Virus record (IMG/VR): IMGVR_UViG_3300038674_000185 | Coordinates: 1 to 31,642 of that record | Direction: 5' to 3' (one strand) | DNA: 31,642 nucleotides | DNA from: a virus | Taxonomy: Duplodnaviria; Caudoviricetes | Shown: piece by piece, positions 16,911-24,290 of the stretch | How positions within the stretch are numbered: the stretch's first letter is position 1 | Layout: each line of letters starts with the position of its first letter | Notes under the pieces: generated by a model | The model's input: only the letters and a program-made list of their open reading frames with translations | Databases searched by the model: none | Told to the model about the DNA's origin: nothing | Program-made: the position numbers and the translations under genes

Positions 16911-17290
16911 TCGCCGGCCAATTGGGGGATATCGCTTTTGAGGTGCTTCTGTCACCCGAGGAGCTTGAACGGGAACAGTCCTGGGCCTATGCCGAGCATG
17001 AGATTGCCGGGGGCAAAAACAAGCTCGAAGCCACGGGGGAAATGCTCGCCCATGTCAAAATCCGCATCAGGCTCCATGGCGTAATGGGGAGATGGTACTG
17101 TGATCCTGCCGAGGAGGCCGATCGATTCACGCAGATGGCGCGAGATCAGGTCTATGGGGATCTGTTCCTTGGCAATCGATACCTGGGACAATACGCCATC
17201 GGGAGGATATCGGAGCGGCAGAACAGGCTGGCGAAGGACGGAACGGTCATGAGCATTGAACTGGCCTTAGACCTCATCGAGTACAACTGA
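16907..17290 (+). CDS. tail tube initiator (P2 gpU family)
   Basis: QLGDIAF...YAEHEIAGGK...LEATG...LIEY. Confidence 0.85.
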   Translation: MIAGQLGDIAFEVLLSPEELEREQSWAYAEHEIAGGKNKLEATGEMLAHVKIRIRLHGVMGRWYCDPAEEADRFTQMARDQVYGDLFLGNRYLGQYAIGRISERQNRLAKDGTVMSIELALDLIEYN

Positions 17291-17291
17291 A

Positions 17292-17600
17292 ATGTTTGAA
17301 ATAGATCCTTTGGTCAAGAATGTTCGTGTGGGGCTCACAGGGGTGGAGGAGATCGTCCAGAACTGCCAGGTCATCCTGTCAACTCCCAAAGGGTCCGTGC
17401 CACTGGATAGAGATTTTGGGACATCCTGGACGCTGATTGATCAGCCGACGCCGAAAGCCATGGCTCAGCTCCGCGTGGAAATCCTTGGGGCCTTGGAGAA
17501 ATACGAACCCAGGGTGAAGGTCTTGGAGATCGCTTTTGATGGGGATGTCGGGGGAAGGCTCATCCCACAGGTGAAGATTGATGTCCAGGAAGGAATATAA
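17292..17600 (+). CDS. baseplate wedge protein W (gp25-like)
   Basis: ILSTPKGSVPLDRDFG and EKYEPRV motifs. Confidence 0.92.
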   Translation: MFEIDPLVKNVRVGLTGVEEIVQNCQVILSTPKGSVPLDRDFGTSWTLIDQPTPKAMAQLRVEILGALEKYEPRVKVLEIAFDGDVGGRLIPQVKIDVQEGI

Positions 17601-18204
17601 AAAGCGAGAGGGGCCGTTTTGTGGGGCCAAAAAGCGCGACGGAAGCACATGCCGCCAAACTGCCGGTCAAGGAACAGACCACGTTGGGACAGGTAAATGT
17701 TGGCTGCATGGCGGTGCGTCCACGGGTCCGAAAAATAAAGAGAAATGGAAGGGCAACAAATACGCCTTGAAGCACGGGTACTATGAGACGATCACGCTTG
17801 AAAATCTGGAGCCGGAAGAGAAAGAAAAGATCGCCCGCGAGGATATCACGTCCAGACCGATGCTCATGAACTCTATAAAATTGGTGCTGGTGCGTGAAGC
17901 CAGGATGTTGAAGCGGATCAACGACTTGTCGAAAGCCGCAGGCGGCATGGTCCTCTCGTCAATGGAAATGAAGGAAGGACGGGAAAACGGGGCCGTTTCG
18001 GAGCTCAAAACAACCCGGTATGAATCCGTGATCGAGAAAATCCAGGGGTGGGAATCGCAACTCACGCAGATACAACGCGAGAAAACGAGGCTCATCGAAA
18101 AGCTGTATCAACTTGAGGTGTCCGAAACGGGCAACGATGGGACGCTTGCCGAGTTTGTGCGTCAGATGGATCAGATCATAAAACGAGATCCCGATGCTGA
18201 GTGA
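17581..18204 (+). CDS. terS: terminase small subunit (HGGxSTG type)
   Basis: CGAK...C...CWLHGGASTGP and GNKYALKHG; directly before TerL. Confidence 0.8.
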   Translation: MSRKEYKKREGPFCGAKKRDGSTCRQTAGQGTDHVGTGKCWLHGGASTGPKNKEKWKGNKYALKHGYYETITLENLEPEEKEKIAREDITSRPMLMNSIKLVLVREARMLKRINDLSKAAGGMVLSSMEMKEGRENGAVSELKTTRYESVIEKIQGWESQLTQIQREKTRLIEKLYQLEVSETGNDGTLAEFVRQMDQIIKRDPDAE

Positions 18205-19441
18205 TAAGCAGATCGATACCCTCAGCAAGTCCACTGCATGGATGAACATATGGCACGGGTCCGTGCGTTCCGGGAAGACCTGGGCGACGATCTACAGGTG
18301 GATTCATTACGCCATGACGGGGCCTCCGGGTGACCTGGTGATGGTGGGGAAGACAGAACGGACCTTGAAGCGCAACATCATTCACCCCATGCAGGAGATT
18401 CTGGGAAATCGGATGGTTTACAACCGGGGTGAGGGGGAAATCAAGATTGGTAATCGTCGAATATATGTGGTGGGTGCGAACGACGAGCGGAGTGTGGGTA
18501 AAATCCAGGGTGGCACCTACGCCGGAGGCTACGGGGACGAATTGACACTCTGGCCGGAGTCCTTTTTCAAAATGCTCATGAGCCGGTTCAGCGTTTCGGG
18601 CTCCATGTTCTTTGGCACGACAAACCCCGACAATCCTCACCATTGGCTCAAGAAAGGATACCTGGATCGTGAAGCGGAGCTCAACATGCGGTCCTTTCAT
18701 TTCGTTCTTGAGGACAACCCTTTCCTGCCTCCTGAATATATCGAGAACCTCAAAGCCGCCTATTCCGGCCTCTGGTACAAAAGGTATATCGACGGGCTAT
18801 GGGTGCTCGCTGATGGCGTGATTTATGACATGATCCAGGATCACCATTTCGTTTCGATCATGCCGGCCACGTTCCAGAATTTCATTGTAGGAGTGGATTA
18901 CGGGACGAACAACCCTTGCACGTTCGGGCTGTACGCCTGGAACGATCCCAATAAAATCTATCTGGTGCGGGAGTATTGGTGGGACAGCTCAAAAGAGGGG
19001 AGACAGAAGACGGACTCTCAATACGCTGACGATATGGATGCTTTTTTGAAGGACATCCGGCCTCATGCGATATACGTCGACCCATCGGCGGCATCATTCA
19101 AGGTTGAGCTCCAACGCCGGAACAAATGGAACGTCAAGGACGCCAACAACGATGTTCTGGATGGCATCCGGTTTGTTGGCGCCATGTTTGCGAACAATAG
19201 GCTATTCATCCACAAGTCATGTGTTCATATGCGAGAGAATTTAGAGTCTTACGTGTGGGATTCCAAGGCACAGGACAAGGGCGAGGATAAGCCATTGAAG
19301 GTCAATGATCATGGTCCGGACTCCTGCCGTTATGGAATTTTTACTCACTTCCAGAAAACAAACCCAATACCAACTGCCCATTCACGCCCGACTCCATTAA
19401 AATCAGCCTCACTTACGGGGAGAAAATATGGTCGTTTCTAG
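18194..19441 (+). CDS. terL: terminase large subunit, PBSX family
   Basis: Walker A GSVRSGKT, Walker B YGDE, TTNP; nuclease GVDYG, VDPSAA, DHGPDSCRY. Confidence 0.95.
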   Translation: MLSDKQIDTLSKSTAWMNIWHGSVRSGKTWATIYRWIHYAMTGPPGDLVMVGKTERTLKRNIIHPMQEILGNRMVYNRGEGEIKIGNRRIYVVGANDERSVGKIQGGTYAGGYGDELTLWPESFFKMLMSRFSVSGSMFFGTTNPDNPHHWLKKGYLDREAELNMRSFHFVLEDNPFLPPEYIENLKAAYSGLWYKRYIDGLWVLADGVIYDMIQDHHFVSIMPATFQNFIVGVDYGTNNPCTFGLYAWNDPNKIYLVREYWWDSSKEGRQKTDSQYADDMDAFLKDIRPHAIYVDPSAASFKVELQRRNKWNVKDANNDVLDGIRFVGAMFANNRLFIHKSCVHMRENLESYVWDSKAQDKGEDKPLKVNDHGPDSCRYGIFTHFQKTNPIPTAHSRPTPLKSASLTGRKYGRF

Positions 19442-20696
19442 CACGATGAAAAAGGTACTGACTTCCGAGGTCGCCAGGCCATATCAGGGCTTCGAGCAGT
19501 TTTTGACGTTCCTTCCGAACCCGGATGAGGTGTTGCAGCGCGAGGATAAGAGTATCTATTCGACAATGATGAAAGATGCTCATATTTTTGGGGCGGTACA
19601 GCAACGGAAAAGTTACGTGCTCTCGAAAGACTGGAACATCACGCCGGCATCCAATGACGCGACAGACGGCAAGATTGCCGAATATGTCCAGGAGACAGTT
19701 CAAAAAGAGCTCAATCTGTATCAGGACCTGGAAGACCTGCTCCGGGCATTCGAACACGGCTATTCCGTGAGCGAGGCGGTGTGGCGCAACGACGTGGACG
19801 GACTGACTTTCGACGGGTTACTCCCGCGCATGTGGCATAGGTTCGGATTTAAGCCGGACGGAACACTCCTGCTTATCGACAACGGACCGCCGGTGGAATT
19901 GACGATGCCCTATAAATTCATCGTACACCGTAATGAGCCTGATCCGGAGAACCCCTACGGTACGTCGGTGCTCTCCCGGTGCTATTGGCCCTGGAAATTC
20001 AAGCAGGCCGGGTGGGAATTCTGGCTGAGAGTCCTGGACAAATTCGGGGTGCCCTCCCTGGCCGCGCTGTTCGAGGGCGATATGAACGAGGTCGCAACAC
20101 TTGAACGGGCAGAGAGGATTTCTGACGAGCTTTTGAAGGTGGCGTCCGGGTCCGCTGGCGCTTTTGGTGGGGTGACAGAAATTAAGGCCATCGACGCACA
20201 GGGAAGCGGAGACGACTTCAAAACCTTCCTGTCCATGTGCGATTCTCAAATCTCGAAAGCTGTTCTGACGGTCACCCTGACGACGGAAGTCAGTGAGAAG
20301 GGGAGCTATTCCCTCGGTCAAATTCATGAGCGGGCGTTGAAGCAACTCACATTTAAAGACTGCAACGCCCTGGCTGCGACCGTTACGCGGACGCTGATGA
20401 AGTGGATCGCAGAGCTCCGTTTCGGGATCGGTGTAGCCGGACCGGAATTCACGTTTGACTTTTTCGAGGCAGCCCCGCTTGAGACGGTCATGCTCGCCGT
20501 TGACCGTGGGGTGCCGGTGTCGAAACGCGCACTTTATTCCACGTACAACATCCCCGAGCCGGAAGGGGATGACGATGCTTTCATTTCCACCAAGGCAGCA
20601 CAGCCCAAAGAGCCGCAGCCGGGTGGCGACGTTCAAATGAGCGATGATTTTTTTTTTCGGAAAAAGAGCCGACCGCCATTGAGGCTCAAGAGATAG
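19428..20696 (+). CDS. portal protein (Mu gp29/DUF935 family)
   Basis: GYSVSE, NPYGTSVL...YWPW, DKFGVP and QISKAVL motifs. Confidence 0.92.
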   Translation: MVVSSTMKKVLTSEVARPYQGFEQFLTFLPNPDEVLQREDKSIYSTMMKDAHIFGAVQQRKSYVLSKDWNITPASNDATDGKIAEYVQETVQKELNLYQDLEDLLRAFEHGYSVSEAVWRNDVDGLTFDGLLPRMWHRFGFKPDGTLLLIDNGPPVELTMPYKFIVHRNEPDPENPYGTSVLSRCYWPWKFKQAGWEFWLRVLDKFGVPSLAALFEGDMNEVATLERAERISDELLKVASGSAGAFGGVTEIKAIDAQGSGDDFKTFLSMCDSQISKAVLTVTLTTEVSEKGSYSLGQIHERALKQLTFKDCNALAATVTRTLMKWIAELRFGIGVAGPEFTFDFFEAAPLETVMLAVDRGVPVSKRALYSTYNIPEPEGDDDAFISTKAAQPKEPQPGGDVQMSDDFFFRKKSRPPLRLKR

Positions 20697-20701
20697 CGAA
20701 T

Positions 20702-21640
20702 GTGACCGAGGTTGAAAGCTACTGGCTTGACCTGCTTGAGCCGGTAGCCGAGGCTTGGGACGATTATCTTCTGTCCGTCCTCCCAAAGATCGATCAAGTC
20801 AAATCCCCTCCCGAAGTCCTGTCCCTGGCGCTGGAAGAAGCCGTTTATCGAACGATCATGATTTCGTGGCTCATGGGCCGGATGCACGTTCAGGAATCCG
20901 CGCCTCGATCCATGAATTTCCGAGACGAGATCCCGGATGAAATTGAACTGCCACACGAGGAGGCAATAGAATACCTCAAAAGCCGTACATCCATGCCTCG
21001 GGATGCCTTCTATGATCTGGAGGCAGCAGGACGATTCAGAGCCTTCACTGTAGCTAAGGTGTCCAGCATGGACGCCATCGAGGAGACGAAAAAGCGGTTA
21101 CTCGCATCACTTGCAGAGGGTCAGAGCATGGCGCAATTCATTCAGTCAGCCCGCGCAAGCGAAGTCATCCAGAAGGGCGGATTTTCAAAGTCAACGCCCT
21201 GGTATTGGGAGACGGTATTTCGCACTAACAGCATAGCAGCGTGGAACGGGGGGCGGTTCCAGCAGTATCGAGAGGTTGCCGATTCAATTCAAGATTTGCA
21301 ATATATTGCCATTCTGGACCGGCGAACCAGCGACATATGCAGGAGCTACAACGGAATTACCAGGCCAGCAACGGACACGATTTGGGAACGGATCACCCCT
21401 CCAAACCATTTCAATTGCCGGTCTACTGTTACGGCGATTTGGAAGGGCACCCGTGAGGCGAAGCGGGTCACACGGAGTACGGATGAGGATGTTGCTACAC
21501 TGCCCATGCCCGATGATGGGTTTGAATCGAGCATCGTTGATGTGAAGGACTTTTTCAATGTTCCGCTAGGAGTGATGCAAAAGGCTATGGAGTACGGTCT
21601 TTTCGATGATATTTCAAAGAAGCGCGAGGAATTGAAATAA
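20702..21640 (+). CDS. head morphogenesis protein (Mu gpF/SPP1 gp7); reading frame is open from 20648
   Basis: RAFTVA, ETVFRTN, YIAILDRRT and PPNHFNCRS motifs. Confidence 0.92.
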   Translation: MTEVESYWLDLLEPVAEAWDDYLLSVLPKIDQVKSPPEVLSLALEEAVYRTIMISWLMGRMHVQESAPRSMNFRDEIPDEIELPHEEAIEYLKSRTSMPRDAFYDLEAAGRFRAFTVAKVSSMDAIEETKKRLLASLAEGQSMAQFIQSARASEVIQKGGFSKSTPWYWETVFRTNSIAAWNGGRFQQYREVADSIQDLQYIAILDRRTSDICRSYNGITRPATDTIWERITPPNHFNCRSTVTAIWKGTREAKRVTRSTDEDVATLPMPDDGFESSIVDVKDFFNVPLGVMQKAMEYGLFDDISKKREELK

Positions 21641-21668
21641 TAAAGGGGCGCGAAGCCCCTTATTTTAT
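21638..21668. terminator. bidirectional intrinsic terminator
   Basis: AAGGGGC-GCGAA-GCCCCTT hairpin with A/T flanks between convergent genes. Confidence 0.75.
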
Positions 21669-21904
21669 CTCTCCATGACTTCATGAACGATCCCACGAAT
21701 CCTGGCCTTATCCTCCTCCGTAAGCCTTCGCCCATTACGTGGCCGGCCAAAGTTGATACTCTCAACCCCGGCTAGGTCGCTTTCTTCGATCATCCAATCC
21801 CGTCCGAACTTGGAGGCGGGGAGGACGCCCCTGGCGATCATTTTCTTGACCGCCGAGTCGGTGCAGCCTAAGACCTCGGCGGCTTGTTTTGTGGTTAGGG
21901 GCAT
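21665..21904 (-). CDS. HTH_17/excisionase-like DNA-binding protein (Aca-like, last gene of island)
   Basis: LTTKQAAEVLG...VKKMIARGVLPASKFGRDWMIEESDL...GRPR. Confidence 0.88.
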   Translation of the reverse strand: MPLTTKQAAEVLGCTDSAVKKMIARGVLPASKFGRDWMIEESDLAGVESINFGRPRNGRRLTEEDKARIRGIVHEVMER

Positions 21905-22123
21905 TTAGTCCTCCACTTCTACTGGGTTTCCATCCCTGTCGTATTTGAGTCTCCATACATCCGATATTTTGGCGGGCCGATGGAACGTGGTCGACGACAT
22001 TGAGTAGCCATCAGAAACCGGAGAGTCGTCCAGGATCGTTTGAGCCTCTTCGGGCGAACCCCACACATGGAGGCATTCATTACCATAATAGTCGTGTCCT
22101 ACCGTAATATGATTGAGTTTCAT
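21905..22123 (-). CDS. small acidic hypothetical protein (72 aa), anti-defence candidate
   Basis: AAGGAG RBS; abuts the HTH gene (TAA-ATG). Confidence 0.7.
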   Translation of the reverse strand: MKLNHITVGHDYYGNECLHVWGSPEEAQTILDDSPVSDGYSMSSTTFHRPAKISDVWRLKYDRDGNPVEVED

Positions 22124-22177
22124 GATCGTTCTCCTTGTGGCCCCTCCGAAGAGGGGCGTGTGTTGGGGTGAGGTAAG

Positions 22178-22501
22178 TTAAGCCATGCGTCCCATTTTGA
22201 TTACCGGGAGGTTAATGTAATCCAAAACCTTATCGTATGTCCCTTGACTGTCTGCCTCTTTGCTCTGTGCTCCATTGCTGGCAACAAATTTAATTCCGCC
22301 CAGGTAAGTCATTGTCTGGCCTTTTTTAGCGTTAAGTCCAAAAACAAAACCATAATCCTTTCCGATTTCGAGTTGTTTTTTCATTGACTTCTCCTCCCAA
22401 GCCATTTCGAGAGCGATGCCCATAGAGTAATCAGAGGCTTTGCCACCAAACTTTGCAGCTGCTTCTCTTCTGATTTCGTGGGCTCTTTTCATTGCGTTCA
22501 T
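22178..22501 (-). CDS. small hypothetical protein with MKRAHEI...ALEMAWEE N-terminal module; possible internal start at 22384
   Basis: first gene after a strong promoter; internal GGAGG RBS before in-frame ATG (MKKQLEIG). Confidence 0.7.
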   Translation of the reverse strand: MNAMKRAHEIRREAAAKFGGKASDYSMGIALEMAWEEKSMKKQLEIGKDYGFVFGLNAKKGQTMTYLGGIKFVASNGAQSKEADSQGTYDKVLDYINLPVIKMGRMA

Positions 22502-22554
22502 CGCTCTCTCCATCCAGTTGTTTGTTCGTTTCGTTCCCTCACCGTTTTAAATAC

Positions 22555-22583
22555 AATATATTCCCGATAACGGGAAAAGTCAA
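22555..22583 (-). promoter_or_regulatory. sigma70 promoter TTGACT-17-TATATT with a palindromic operator in the spacer
   Basis: agtcaa 22578-22583, aatata 22555-22560, TTCCCG-ATAA-CGGGAA 22561-22576. Confidence 0.85.
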
Positions 22584-22602
22584 TAGTTTTTTATCAAAAA
22601 TT

Positions 22603-22643
22603 TTTCCTCCTGTCCCACGCCTATAAAAAATCTGAGCTACCCT
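22603..22643 (+). promoter_or_regulatory. putative activator-dependent late promoter 2
   Basis: same 16-bp box as 2802-2817; TACCCT hexamer at identical spacing; precedes gene J. Confidence 0.65.
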
Positions 22644-22671
22644 GCAAGCTGACCCCGATTAGAGGACGCCC

Positions 22672-23793
22672 ATGTCATTGATTGACCTCCCGGATATTCA
22701 ATTTTGCGAGATCGACACTCAAGCGGTTGAAGCTTCGCTTGTATCCACATATGAGACCATCACCGCGAGAACGCTTTACCCAGGCAACCCGGAGAGGCTG
22801 TTCCTTGAAGCCGTCGCCTATATCATCGCTCAGCAACGCTTCCTCATCGACTACGCTGCAAAAATGAATCTTGTTTCTCTGTCTGCGGGGGATTACCTGG
22901 ACCACCTCGGGGCTTTGCTCGGCACAATCCGACTTCCCTCCAGCTCGGCCACGACGACCGTGCGCTTTTCGGTATCGGCTCCGCTCTCCTATGATGTGAC
23001 GATCCCCAAAGGGACCCGTGTAAGTCCGGACGGGACGATCATGTTTGCAACCGATCTCGCAGGGACAATTCTTGCAGGGCAAACATACATCGATATAGCC
23101 GCGACATGCACGGAAACAGGGACCTCCGGTAATGGATTCCTACCGGGTTCCATCAATCTCCTCGTGGACAACGTGGCGCACATTGCCAGGGTCGAAAACA
23201 CCACGCTTTCAATGTTCGGGTCCGAGACGGAATCGGACACCCGCTTCCGTTCTCGTGTTCAGCTCGCCCCGGAAAAGCTCAGTACGTGCGGGACCATCGA
23301 CGGCTACCGTTGGTGGGTAATGTCGTGCTCCGATGCCATCCTTGATGTGGGGGTCTGGTCGCCATCGGAAGGGAGGGTGAACGTATGCCCTCTCATGACG
23401 GATGGAAGCGAGCCGTCGGCTGATCTCCTCACAACAATTGCCGGGGTACTCAATGACGAACGGGTCCGACCTCTAACGGATGTCGTGACGGTCCAGGCCC
23501 CGGATCAGGTCGAATACGATATTGATCTGACCTACTACATTCTTCATTCCCATCAACGGCGTGTGCCCCTCATCCAGCAATCTATTGCATCCAAAATAAC
23601 GGCTTACGAAACATGGCAACGGTCGGCTCTCGGGCGGTCCATCCGTCCAACATACCTGGTGGAATTGATCCAAAGCATTGACGGGGTGCAGCGGGTTGAA
23701 ATCACCTCCCCCGATTATGTCTCCCTCGATACATGGCAAGTGGCAAAGTTAGGAACAAAAACGATTAATTACGGCGGCTTAACATCAGAATAG
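22672..23793 (+). CDS. baseplate protein J (P2 gpJ/Mu gp47)
   Basis: TLYPGNPERL, GDYLDHLG, IPKGTRV and VRPLTDVVTV motifs. Confidence 0.95.
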   Translation: MSLIDLPDIQFCEIDTQAVEASLVSTYETITARTLYPGNPERLFLEAVAYIIAQQRFLIDYAAKMNLVSLSAGDYLDHLGALLGTIRLPSSSATTTVRFSVSAPLSYDVTIPKGTRVSPDGTIMFATDLAGTILAGQTYIDIAATCTETGTSGNGFLPGSINLLVDNVAHIARVENTTLSMFGSETESDTRFRSRVQLAPEKLSTCGTIDGYRWWVMSCSDAILDVGVWSPSEGRVNVCPLMTDGSEPSADLLTTIAGVLNDERVRPLTDVVTVQAPDQVEYDIDLTYYILHSHQRRVPLIQQSIASKITAYETWQRSALGRSIRPTYLVELIQSIDGVQRVEITSPDYVSLDTWQVAKLGTKTINYGGLTSE

Positions 23794-23807
23794 AAAGGAA
23801 ATTATAA

Positions 23808-24284
23808 ATGGCAGCAACATTGCAATTTCGTTTGACCGGAGGCGCATCGAATTCGAACCCCAACGCATCTCTCGGTGGGGTGGCGTCCACAACACAACTC
23901 TCTGGAACTCCTCTCAATAACCTGTTCGACAATGTCTCGGCAGCAGAAGCGGCAGCAGGACGTATCGAGTATCGGGCCATTTCCCTGCACAATGCCGGTA
24001 ACGCGGCGGCCACTGTCTGCAAAATCTGGATCGACAGCGATACGACAAGCCCGAGCACGGAGATTGATCTCGGCCTGGATTCCGGCACTCAAGAAATCGT
24101 CAACGAATCAACGGCCCCATCATCTCCTACAATCACATTCTCACATCCGACAGCCGGGTCAAAACTCTCAATCTCCGACATTGCGGCAGGGGGGGCGCAG
24201 CGTGTTTGGATCAAGCGGACAGTGACAGCCGGTGCGGCCAACTTGGCAAACGACAGTACAACCATCAAAGTTGAGTACGCATAA
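23808..24284 (+). CDS. putative virion structural protein (beta-rich, 158 aa)
   Basis: AAGGA RBS; NLFDNVS...EYR and VWIKRTV motifs; inserted between J and I. Confidence 0.65.
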   Translation: MAATLQFRLTGGASNSNPNASLGGVASTTQLSGTPLNNLFDNVSAAEAAAGRIEYRAISLHNAGNAAATVCKIWIDSDTTSPSTEIDLGLDSGTQEIVNESTAPSSPTITFSHPTAGSKLSISDIAAGGAQRVWIKRTVTAGAANLANDSTTIKVEYA

Positions 24285-24290
24285 CAACTC

